A DNA stretch of 24,883 bases, from NCBI GenBank assembly GCA_043801585.1, contig JAZDLX010000059.1, positions 1 through 24,883 on the forward strand, read 5' to 3'. Below the pieces are notes generated by a model that was not told the DNA's origin, ran no database searches, and worked only from the letters and a program-made list of their open reading frames with translations. The translations under genes and the position numbers were made by a program. Positions 8,466-17,700 of this stretch are shown here, piece after piece. The stretch is from a bacterium. GTDB taxonomy: Bacteria; Electryoneota; Electryoneia; Electryoneales; Electryoneaceae. The number at the start of each line of letters is the position of its first letter. Position 1 is the first letter of the stretch.

Positions 8466-8753
8466 ATGAAGATCGTGATCCAGGGAAGAGGCATTAACGT
8501 TCGTGATTCACTGAAAGAGTACATCGAACAGGAACTCGGCCGACTGGATCGTCTTTACCCCCGAATTGTAGACGCGGATGTTGTACTCGAGGGCAAACTG
8601 CATCAGAAGGAAGTATTGATCAAGGTAAACGTTCCTGACCAACTGCTGATGGCGACCGAAACAGCGGATAAGTTCGAGATCGCCACGGAAGGCGCAGTCG
8701 ATAAGCTTGTTGAACAGGTGAAGAAGTACAAGGAGAAACTCCGGGGGCACTAA
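8466..8753 (+). CDS. hpf: Ribosome hibernation promoting factor / ribosome-associated inhibitor A (short HPF, 95 aa)
   Basis: MKIVIQGRGINVRDSLKEYIEQELGRLDRLY...AVDKLVEQVKKYKEKL. Strong CAGGAGG RBS before ATG 8466. Confidence 0.92.
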   Translation: MKIVIQGRGINVRDSLKEYIEQELGRLDRLYPRIVDADVVLEGKLHQKEVLIKVNVPDQLLMATETADKFEIATEGAVDKLVEQVKKYKEKLRGH

Positions 8754-8758
8754 CATCG

Positions 8759-9769
8759 ATGAACACCCCGCTGACAGATCATGAGAAGCAACAGGGCAAG
8801 CGCATCACCCACATTGAGATCGAGGAACTGTTCGAGGATAACCGCGAACGGCTGAAACTCGAGCTTGTCGCTGGCGGTGATGGGCTGAAACGGCAGATCG
8901 AGGAGAAGGAGCTGCATCGGCCCGGCCTCGCGCTCGCCGGATTTCTGGAATTGTTCACGTTCAATCGCGTTCAGGTTCTTGGCAACACGGAGATTCAATA
9001 TCTCCAGGGATTAACTGCGAAGGAACGGTCCGAGAGCATCGCCAAGGTGATGAAACTCGAGATCCCCTGCCTGTTTGTCTGCAACGATAATCCGGTACCG
9101 CGCGAGTTGAAAGAGAAAGCCGACAAGCGCGGCATTCCTGTGTTCACAAGCAAGCGGACGACGACGGATCTGATTCATCTTCTGAGTGATTATCTCGATG
9201 ACCGTTTCGCCCCCTTCATCAGTGTCCACGGCAGCCTTGTTGATGTCTACGGCACAGGGATGCTGTTCACCGGACGCAGCGGTATCGGCAAAAGCGAAAT
9301 TTCGCTGGATCTCGTGGAACGCGGACACCGCCTTGTCGCGGATGACATCATCCGGATCGACAAGAAGGCGGAGGGAATCCTGATCGGTACCTCTCCCGAA
9401 ATGATCCGCCACATGCTCGAGGTGCGGGGGGTGGGGATCATCGATGTCCGCCGGATGTTCGGTGTGCGCGGAATCCGGATGCAGAAACGAGTGGAGGTCG
9501 AGGTTCGCCTGGAGGAATGGGATGACAATGTCGAGTGGGAGCGCATCGGTCTCGATTACGAGACCACGAAACTGCTCGGTGTCGAGATTCCACTGCTCCG
9601 GCTGCCCATCTTCCCGGGCAAGAACATCACGATGATCGCGGAAGTCATCGCGTTGCAGATCCATCTGCGGGTGTACGGAGTGAATCCTGCGGAGGAGATG
9701 AACCGCAGGATACACGAAGAGGCTGAGCGGAGAAAATCTCAAACCTACTTGATACGAGATTTCGAATGA
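8759..9769 (+). CDS. hprK: HPr(Ser) kinase/phosphorylase
   Basis: LHRPGLALAGF, RVQVLGNTE, VHGSLVDVYG, Walker A GRSGIGKSE, GHRLVADD, LEVRGVGIIDVRRMFG. Confidence 0.97.
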   Translation: MNTPLTDHEKQQGKRITHIEIEELFEDNRERLKLELVAGGDGLKRQIEEKELHRPGLALAGFLELFTFNRVQVLGNTEIQYLQGLTAKERSESIAKVMKLEIPCLFVCNDNPVPRELKEKADKRGIPVFTSKRTTTDLIHLLSDYLDDRFAPFISVHGSLVDVYGTGMLFTGRSGIGKSEISLDLVERGHRLVADDIIRIDKKAEGILIGTSPEMIRHMLEVRGVGIIDVRRMFGVRGIRMQKRVEVEVRLEEWDDNVEWERIGLDYETTKLLGVEIPLLRLPIFPGKNITMIAEVIALQIHLRVYGVNPAEEMNRRIHEEAERRKSQTYLIRDFE

Positions 9770-10143
9770 TCCCTGGAGCGCTGGTCGTGACGCACGGCGA
9801 GCTGGGTGAAGTCATGGTCCGGGAGGTGTGTCGGCTCATCGGGCAGGAAGAGCGTATCATCTCGATGCGTACCGAGGGGCTCTCCGCCTCGGAGATAAGT
9901 GATCGCATCAGCGAGTTGATCGGAACAGAACCCTGGATTGTCTTCACTGACGCGCCGGGTACTTCGCCGACCGTACGTTCCTGCGCGGCGATTTCGGAAG
10001 GCCAGGCTGTCATTACCGGTGTCAACCTGGGGATGCTGATCTCCTTTCTGATTCATCGAAAACGTCTTGGAATCCCTGAATTGGCGGCGAAAATGGTCGA
10101 GGATGGGAAACGCTCGCTGGAGTTGATGTGGCCTCGACCCTGA
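9766..10143 (+). CDS. PTS EIIA component, mannose/fructose/sorbose family
   Basis: LVVTHG (phospho-His), IVFTDAPGTSP, ITGVNLGML; ATGA overlap with the hprK stop. Confidence 0.88.
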   Translation: MIPGALVVTHGELGEVMVREVCRLIGQEERIISMRTEGLSASEISDRISELIGTEPWIVFTDAPGTSPTVRSCAAISEGQAVITGVNLGMLISFLIHRKRLGIPELAAKMVEDGKRSLELMWPRP

Positions 10144-10661
10144 ATGGAACGGTCCTCCGTTTGGATGATCGGCGCATTCACGGCCAGATTCTGTACGGGT
10201 GGGGAGTTGGATGGCCCGCGGACGAAATCTGGCTTGTGGACCGCGCTGTGGCAAACGATGCCCGGGAACGTGTGCTTTACGATGATCTGATCACGGAGAG
10301 CGGATCGGTGGGGGGAGTCCTCGCGCCTGCGGAAACCGGGTTGCGACTGTCCGTCCTGCAGCATGAGCTTCCACGTGCAAATCGGTTGGTCGTTTTCAGC
10401 GATCCGGAAGTGCTGAATAATCTTATCCAGTACGATCTGCGGATTACTGAGATCGATCTCGCACATCGTGCGGAAAATAAGGGACGCCTTGAAGTCGCGG
10501 CCAGAGTATTTCTCGCTGAAGCGGAGATTGAGCTTCTCGATGCATTACGTGCGAAAGGAATTCAAATCGTGCATCGAGACCTGCCGGGAGATGAACCGAT
10601 AACGATCGACGTGCAGAAAACGAGGGAGGGAGATCGTGAGCAGCAAAAGACGTCCGGCTGA
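10128..10661 (+). CDS. PTS EIIB component, mannose/sorbose family (divergent)
   Basis: LRLDDRRIHGQILYGW resembles the family motif RIDDRLIHGQV...W; DRAVANDARE; GTG start after GGAG; overlaps EIIA. Confidence 0.82.
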   Translation: MASTLNGTVLRLDDRRIHGQILYGWGVGWPADEIWLVDRAVANDARERVLYDDLITESGSVGGVLAPAETGLRLSVLQHELPRANRLVVFSDPEVLNNLIQYDLRITEIDLAHRAENKGRLEVAARVFLAEAEIELLDALRAKGIQIVHRDLPGDEPITIDVQKTREGDREQQKTSG

Positions 10662-11532
10662 CGAATTCGCCGTGGGTCTCACCGTCATCGCGGCAATCAT
10701 TGTCCTGATCGGAGGTGTCCTTTGGGGCAAAGGCGTCTCTTTCCGCTCGGATCATCGAACGTTCAACGTGCTCTTCCCGGAAGTGTACGGATTGAAAGAG
10801 GGCAGCACGGTTCTCATTCAGGGTGTTGCGCACGGCAAAGTAGGTGGAATTCAACTTGACGGCCGGGGCGCCACGGTGACAGTGCTGGTGGATCGCAATG
10901 TCCGCCTCTACAAAGATGCTCGGGTGATCCTGTTCACTCCCCAACTGATGGGTGGAAGGGTTGTATCCATCGATCCGGGGAACGGACCGGAAGTGCTGAA
11001 AGACAACGCCGTGCTTCAGGGTGAGGTGCCCGCCGGAATGGGCGAAGTGATGGCAGCCTCGGGTGAGGTTCTGGAGGAGCTGCTGAAAACCGTCCAGCAG
11101 CTTCACACGACAACGGCTCGGGTGGATACATTGCTGGTTCAAAGCCAGCTCACCCAGCGTGTTGAGAAGTCCTTGACAAACCTCGAACAGATGACACTGA
11201 ATCTCCGGGATGACCTCTCCGCTGCGGCGAAATCAATGCGGGATGGAGCTGATGAAGTCCATTCATCAACTAAGGAGATTCACAGCCTGGTGGCTGACAA
11301 CAAACCTCGTTTTGACAGCCTGATGGTACGGCTGAACCGTGTGGTTGACGAGACGGAGGACTTTTCCCGGAACCTCGGCGAGTTCAGCAATGCGATGAAT
11401 CAGCAGGAGGGCAGCCTCGGCAAGCTCGTCTATTCTGACTCGCTCCACCAGCAACTCCAGATGACTCTCACCGATCTTGACGCCCTGATCGTACGCCTCA
11501 AGAAGGAAGGGATCAAGGTCAGCATTTTTTAA
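10636..11532 (+). CDS. MCE/MlaD-family membrane-anchored periplasmic protein
   Basis: N-terminal TM helix (EFAVGLTVIAAIIVLIGGVLW), MCE motifs GLKEGSTVLIQGVAHGKVGGI and LMGGRVVSIDPG, helical tail ending GSLGKLVYSDSLHQQL. Confidence 0.9.
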   Translation: MSSKRRPADEFAVGLTVIAAIIVLIGGVLWGKGVSFRSDHRTFNVLFPEVYGLKEGSTVLIQGVAHGKVGGIQLDGRGATVTVLVDRNVRLYKDARVILFTPQLMGGRVVSIDPGNGPEVLKDNAVLQGEVPAGMGEVMAASGEVLEELLKTVQQLHTTTARVDTLLVQSQLTQRVEKSLTNLEQMTLNLRDDLSAAAKSMRDGADEVHSSTKEIHSLVADNKPRFDSLMVRLNRVVDETEDFSRNLGEFSNAMNQQEGSLGKLVYSDSLHQQLQMTLTDLDALIVRLKKEGIKVSIF

Positions 11533-11604
11533 CTCCGTTCCAGATCATGCAAGAGTGTTGAAAGGGAGATGGACCTTCCTCGTTTCACCGCCTGTGACCG
11601 TATA

Positions 11605-11632
11605 GCCCTGTTTGCAAGCAAGCAGGGTTTTT
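11605..11632 (+). terminator. Rho-independent terminator closing the topA-to-mlaD block
   Basis: Stem CCCTGTTTG / CAAGCAGGG (one G-U pair), loop CAAG, followed by TTTTT. Confidence 0.65.
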
Positions 11633-11675
11633 CCTGTAGGTAATACGATTACGTTTCGAGTTGCTGATGAAGAAT

Positions 11676-11701
11676 GATTTTTCGCTTCGATCAGAATGAC
11701 A
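11676..11701. repeat. Degenerate REP-like repeat unit GATTTTTCGCTTCGATCAGAATGACA
   Basis: Resembles, from recollection only, the widespread intergenic repeat GATTCTTCGCTTCGCTCAGAATGACA (2 differences). Single copy in this window. Confidence 0.4.
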
Positions 11702-11951
11702 AAAACTCCTCGCGCCTTGTAGCCCTGTTTACACACCTCCGGTGCGTGAGTTTCTCTTTGCTACGACTGATTGCAGAAAGAATTTCCACAGGTACGGAAC
11801 TGGAGACGGTATCGAACGGGGGAGAATAAAGATTGATAATGAGACGTTTGGACATAGTAAAATAATCGATATATTTATGTACTAGGGAATCTGCCTGTAA
11901 ATTGAACTTTAAGCACTTATTTTATCTGAATATATTAAAGGAATCGGGAGT

Positions 11952-14672
11952 ATGTGGACGAAGCGTTTTCTCCGCTCGATCTGCTCATGCACTTGCTTAG
12001 GGGATTTTTATTCATTCATTTGGATCATCCTTGTACTGGTGCTGAGCAGTCCTCACCATTCTTCGGCGACTCCGGTACACGGGCTTGTCGCTGGACAGAA
12101 CCAAAGCTATTTCGACCTCGACCTTCATCAATCCTCAGGAGTCGGACCCCTCATCGGTATCAGACATACGGTTCCGGGTGAAGAGACGATTCATATCTCC
12201 GGGCTGGATATGGGGGGTATTGTATTTCAAGCCTCGAATGGCTGGACAACCTCTCTTTTCGATTCAACTCAGGGAACGCAGGAGGAAGCTGCATTCTGGG
12301 GGCATGGACCGGAGGCGCTGGGACTCGGTGCCCTATGCATTCAGGAAGCATGGACTCAGCAGGTAGACAAGCTGCGGCTGGTGATAACACTGACCAGTGT
12401 GGACACAGTACATCTTACGCATGAAGTAGCCCTTCGCTTGAACGGGCCGGGTGATTCCGATTTTTATGCGATAAACAGCCATTCACTTGCACTGATGAAT
12501 GAAGAACTGACGCGCGGAGATGGCTTTACGTTGCAAAATGGAGTGTTGTTGTCGGGATCCTGGGGACAACTGGCGATCACTGTCACCAATCCTTACGATG
12601 GTGATTTTATCCGTCGTGATGGCGACCTGCACCTTCGGGTGCTGCGGACGACTCCAGCCCGATCGGCTGATCAGACCGTGGATGTTCATTCAATTCTTGC
12701 TCCCGGAGATACCATCCAGCGTGTTTGCGATTTCTGGCTCGATCCACCCAATGGTTCCATTCTTCAGACAAACCGGATAATCGCCTTACCATCCCCCCAT
12801 CCCGATGCCGCAGATGGAGTTCTCACATTTCTTGGAGATGATATTCCACTTAGAAGTTTCTCTCCATTGACAGACACGAATAATCCCGATCCTCTCATGG
12901 CAGCACTTGCTGAGTTGATGCTGCAAAATCCAGATATTCGCCTTTCTTTTGTTATCATTTTTGATAAGCTTGTGGCTCTTTACACCATGAATGACTCGAA
13001 AATGGATGGATGGAGTGCGAATGCCGGCAACCTAGCCTACGTGCCTTTCCATCACAATTCAGGAGATCGTTCCTTGAGAATGGAAGTGAATTCGGACACA
13101 TCCTGCTGGGTCCAGCAATCGATTACTACTCCCGATGATGGGGTATTGGATTTCTCGGCATATATAAGAATACCTGAGCAGTTAAATCCGGACGGAGGAT
13201 TCTATATTCGATTGTTAACCAGAGATGGTCTTGAATTTGAGCATAGTGATTTCTATTCCAATCCGACAGAATGGACGAACATCCATTGGACTCCTTTCAC
13301 ACAGGTTCAGAGGGGAGATCGTCTGATCCTCCGGATGGAACTCCATCACGGGGGAGGTAGCGCATTTATCGATGATGTTCGTTGCACAATCGGTGGAACC
13401 GACAACATTGTTCGTAACCCCGGATTTGAGACAGGCGAGACATCGTTAAGCTATGATTCATCCGGATACAAATGGTGGATGGCGCACGGACCAAACCGAC
13501 TTACCAATGCGCCGGAAGCATATTTGGAAAATCTTCGCCAGCTTGACCGTCGTGAAGTTGTTTACGGTTATGAAGATCGAATCGGGCTCGGTCTGCATGG
13601 CTACCACCACACGGTGACTGGTAGCTTTATCGGGCTGCCTGCTGAATGGGAAATGATGTATGATGATCCTTATGCCCATAAGATGTTTTTCGACGCGATG
13701 CTGCGAGATGCGGTGCTCTTAGGGCTTCATTCAAAAAATCTTCGAGCTTTACGTACTCCCGGGTTCTACTACGATCAGTCCACGGTTTTGGAAGCGATGC
13801 GGCATGGAGTTATATGGCTGTCAGAAAATGAGGGGTTAGGATCCAGCTTCTATCCTGTTTACTCAGAAAATAAGATGCTGTTCATGCACCGTCTTACTTT
13901 TTGGGGAGACAACCCTGACAGTGGATGGTCGAAACTGATACTTACCAAGAAAGCCCTCGATCAGGGGGGTGCGGCTCAATGGGGATGGCATCCGGGTGGA
14001 GGATTGAATGACGGTGATCCGGCTCGGATGGCATGGTACAACCAGATGTTCCAGACGATTCGGGACGACTATCCTCATGCTCGATGGGAATTTGCGGAGG
14101 ACATTGCTGAACGCGGCATTATTCTGTCTGAATGGCGTGGTTTTCAGCAGTTCCTGGTTGGGGATACACTTGCCATTGAATGGCGAGGCGCCGTCCTTGA
14201 CAATATGAGCCTGTTGCTGTTCAAGAACGATAACCAAGTGGTGAATAAAGCCTGGTTGCTGGATACGGGTGAGGAATTGCCAATTGTCATGCGGCAGAAT
14301 TGCAGTTTTGTCCTCCTGCCGGAACTCTCCGACACGTTGCATCGTGTTGTGATCAATACGATTGAACTGTCAGGTCCCCAGAAAAGAACAACACCCGCAC
14401 TGCTCGAATCGCCCGTGCTGAAAGTATGGCCCGTGCCGACCAATGCCTGTACAAACGTCAACTGGGAGCAAAACAGCCGCATCGGTGAATTGGAGATTGT
14501 GCTGTTCAATATTTTGGGTGAAGCGGTCATCGAGCAACGCTGGCACTCCAATGCACTGCTCATCAACAGAAGCATAGACCTGAACGGGCTTTCCACAGGA
14601 CTCTATCTGCTCCGGGTATCAAATCCCGAGACACATGAAGTCCGAACAAGAAAAGTGGTACTTCTCCGCTGA
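11952..14672 (+). CDS. Secreted multidomain protein: N-terminal beta-rich region, CE4/NodB-like barrel with CBM4/9-like insert, T9SS type-A-like C-terminal sorting domain
   Basis: Hydrophobic signal-like segment FIWIILVLVLSS; VLTFLGDD, IGLGLHGYHH and LRTPG (NodB/CE4-like); SGDRSL...FIDDV...NIVRNPGFETG (CBM-like); tail LKVWPVPTN...VLFNILGE...LSTGLYLLRV...RKVVLLR. GGGAG RBS. Confidence 0.7.
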   Translation: MWTKRFLRSICSCTCLGDFYSFIWIILVLVLSSPHHSSATPVHGLVAGQNQSYFDLDLHQSSGVGPLIGIRHTVPGEETIHISGLDMGGIVFQASNGWTTSLFDSTQGTQEEAAFWGHGPEALGLGALCIQEAWTQQVDKLRLVITLTSVDTVHLTHEVALRLNGPGDSDFYAINSHSLALMNEELTRGDGFTLQNGVLLSGSWGQLAITVTNPYDGDFIRRDGDLHLRVLRTTPARSADQTVDVHSILAPGDTIQRVCDFWLDPPNGSILQTNRIIALPSPHPDAADGVLTFLGDDIPLRSFSPLTDTNNPDPLMAALAELMLQNPDIRLSFVIIFDKLVALYTMNDSKMDGWSANAGNLAYVPFHHNSGDRSLRMEVNSDTSCWVQQSITTPDDGVLDFSAYIRIPEQLNPDGGFYIRLLTRDGLEFEHSDFYSNPTEWTNIHWTPFTQVQRGDRLILRMELHHGGGSAFIDDVRCTIGGTDNIVRNPGFETGETSLSYDSSGYKWWMAHGPNRLTNAPEAYLENLRQLDRREVVYGYEDRIGLGLHGYHHTVTGSFIGLPAEWEMMYDDPYAHKMFFDAMLRDAVLLGLHSKNLRALRTPGFYYDQSTVLEAMRHGVIWLSENEGLGSSFYPVYSENKMLFMHRLTFWGDNPDSGWSKLILTKKALDQGGAAQWGWHPGGGLNDGDPARMAWYNQMFQTIRDDYPHARWEFAEDIAERGIILSEWRGFQQFLVGDTLAIEWRGAVLDNMSLLLFKNDNQVVNKAWLLDTGEELPIVMRQNCSFVLLPELSDTLHRVVINTIELSGPQKRTTPALLESPVLKVWPVPTNACTNVNWEQNSRIGELEIVLFNILGEAVIEQRWHSNALLINRSIDLNGLSTGLYLLRVSNPETHEVRTRKVVLLR

Positions 14673-14727
14673 GCGGCGGCTCCTCATTCGTTCTTGCCGC
14701 TTGGATAGTGAATGCAGGACCCATAAG

Positions 14728-14759
14728 GAATGCCGGTTTCCCGAAGGAAGCCGGCATTC
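14728..14759. terminator. Strong hairpin between convergent genes (probable bidirectional terminator)
   Basis: GAATGCCGGTTTCC-CGAA-GGAAGCCGGCATTC, 14-bp stem; U-tracts are weak on both strands. Confidence 0.55.
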
Positions 14760-14781
14760 ATGCTTTACTCGTTTGTAGATC

Positions 14782-17700
14782 TTATTCCTTTGGTGCAGGC
14801 AGAGGTAGTCTCTCCTGTTCCTTCGCCGCCGCTTCCATCAGTTCAACCGCCTTATCGAGTTGCGGATCGCGGTTGTTCAGAATGTCCGCGGGTGTGCGGA
14901 CGATCAGGTAGTCCGGCACAGCGCCATGCCCCTCTTCATTCATTCCGTTCCTGTCGGGATTGGCCTTGTCCCCCCAAACATACCATCCGCGCTGCGGCAG
15001 TCGAATCCATGCGTCCGGTATCAGCGTAAACCAGCCGTCCGTACTGATCACATTTCCTCCGGTCGTGTTGCCCACCAGGGGACCGCGTCCGATGGTCTTG
15101 ATGGCGTGGCTGAAAATCTCCGCGTTCGAGTAGGAGGATTCGTCGCAGAGCACCGCGATCGGTTTTTCCCAACGGTAGAAGATCTGGCGTTCCGCCTGGG
15201 GATAGCCGGGTTCTCCGCCACGGCCTACCGTAAACGCGTGTTGAGGCTGGGTGAGAATGTTGAGCATGAAATCCGTCGTCCAACCGCCCCCGTTGCCTCG
15301 CACGTCGATGATCAAGGCGTCTTTTCCATCAGCGGCTGCAAACAGGTTCATCTCAAACCGTTCCACTTCAGGCCAGCTCATGCCGGTGATATAAACGTAG
15401 CCGACATGGCCGTCACTCGCCGTTTCGACCACTTTCCTGTTGTCACGTTCCCACAGGTCGGTGCTCAGATTGGAAATGTCACGGAGTCCTGCCGGGACGA
15501 TCTCGAAGCGTTCCGTCGTTTTCTTGCCTCGCTGAAGGACCACCTCCGTCGGCATGCCACTGCGTTTTTCGAGTGCTGCGAATATATTTTTGTCCGGACC
15601 GACATCGAGGCCGTCAATTTTGAGAACGATATCTCCCGGCAGAATCCTGCTTTTTACCTTGTCAGACGGACCGTAGGGAAGGACGCCGGTCACGAGCAGG
15701 CCCGGACCCGCAAATGCGGGATCGAACCTCAGTCCCAGCCAGCCGTCGTTGTCACCCCGGGGTCCTGCCCAGTGCTGGTAGTAGCCCATGTGGCTGGCAT
15801 TCAACTCGCCCAGCATCAGGTTGACGACATCACTGAAGTCACTATCGTCGGCGACATTCCGTGCCCAATCGAAGTATTTGTCCTTGATCGAGTCCCAATC
15901 GACACCATGCATGTCGGGATCATAGAAATGATCTCGCATCACCCTCCAACCTTCCTGAATCGCCTGCAACCTTCTCGCAGGACGGTCGACGGTCAGGCGT
16001 GCCGAGAAATCGGTGCTCTCCACGGAACCGCCATCCATGCTGACGTTCGCCGGTTGGCCGGATTTCAGGAAGTGGAAGGTTCCATCCACAAGTTGAACGG
16101 CATCGGGACTGGCGTCACCACTGGTGACATTGGTCAGTTCCTCACCGAACCGATCGACGGAGTACAGATCGGTGCTGCCGTCGATGGTGGTCAGGAAGAA
16201 GAACTTGTCGCCCTTCGGGTGGATCGCGATCACACTCTCATTTCCAGGCAGGCTGGTCAGGCTGCGGACGCGGTTGTGGATGTCCTCGAAGTCGATGACA
16301 ACCTTGGGGATCTCTTCCTTGTCCTTGTCTTTTTTCTTTTTCTTGTCCTTATCCTTGTCCTCGTCGTCATTCTTCGCTTTGTCGCGGGTTTTCTGCCAGT
16401 TTTCCCACTCCACCCGAGTCTTCTCATCGTCCTCACGGCGCAGGTAAACGGCGTAAACGTCGTGCTGCCGGTTGTGACGACTGCTTGTCCATGCGAGCAA
16501 ACTGCCGTCTTCCGACCACACGGGTCCGAAATCCTCTTTTGGGTGCTTGCTGATGTTGACCGGTTTGCCGGAACTGTCCGCCGGGAGAATCCAGATGTCA
16601 CTGTTGTAATCGGGATCCTCCACCGAGAGGGCAACCCAGCGGCTGTCCGGGGACCAGGTGTAGTCAAAGGAAGACCATTTCTGGTGCCAGCGGGCGAGCA
16701 GCAGTTTGTCGTTTTTCCCGTCCGCGTCCATCACGTGGAGATCACCATTTCCAATCGTGTAAAGAATTTTTTCTCCGTCTGGCGACCACACCGGGTGATG
16801 AGCCGGGGTCTCGCGGCCTGTCATTTCGGTGATGGTAAAGTCTTTGGCTTCACGCAACGATTCCGCATCGCCTTTCGGAGTGAGTTTGAACAGTTGTTGT
16901 TGACCATTCTGATCGGAAATGAACAGTAATTCCTTTGCCCCACCCGGTCGAAACGCGATTTCCTGCTCGCGGGAAGGGGAGGCAAAGGGTACCGTCGCGC
17001 GACCCCCAAGCTCTTTGGAAACGAAGACGATGTCGCCGTTAATAATGAGGGCGTATTCCGCTCCATCGGAGGATGTGCTCAATTCGTCAGCACCACCCGT
17101 TTTGTCTTCGATGACTATGGGGTTTTGAATCAGGTCGGCAGCTACGTCGATCTCGAGTTTCTTTGGCTGGGCTCCCGGGGCATTGTCGAGGAGGTAGAGA
17201 TCGCTGCCCACTTCGAGGATGAAGGTGCTTCCACCCTGCGAAATCTTTGCCGAACGGACGTCCTCGTTAGTGAAGTTTGTGAGTTGAGTTTTCTCGCTTC
17301 CATCGGCTTTCATCGACCAGAGGTTGCAGGTCATGGTCTCGTCGGCATCGGTAATCCAGTAAACCGGGTTTCCTGGACCTGCGAGGGGGTTCATGTCGTA
17401 TCCGGGATGGTCGGTGATCCGGACAGGATCGGAGCCGGGGACGTAGTGATAAATCTCTCGCTGGTAGGTGCCACGGTAGTGCCGCCGTCCGAACTTGACC
17501 CTGCCGATTCCGAGGGCGAAGCTGCCATCCTGAAAGACCGAGGCTTCATCGGCGAAGAAGTCAAATGCCCGGAAAGGCGTTCCTCCGCTCACGGACACCT
17601 TATAGATCTGTCGATCCATTGGGAACTTGAAGGGGCGCGCCGAGGAGAAGTACAAGGTCTTTCCATCAGGGCTGAACGCCTGGGGAATATCGTTTGTGGA

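Noticed and set aside
11545..11736. 63-aa minus-strand ORF with a repeated CKQGY
   Set aside because: The peptide repeat simply reflects the 11-bp DNA direct repeat; no other coding evidence.
14860..16929. 689-aa plus-strand ORF, and 17125..17772
   Set aside because: Antisense to the tricorn protease; no motifs or RBS support.
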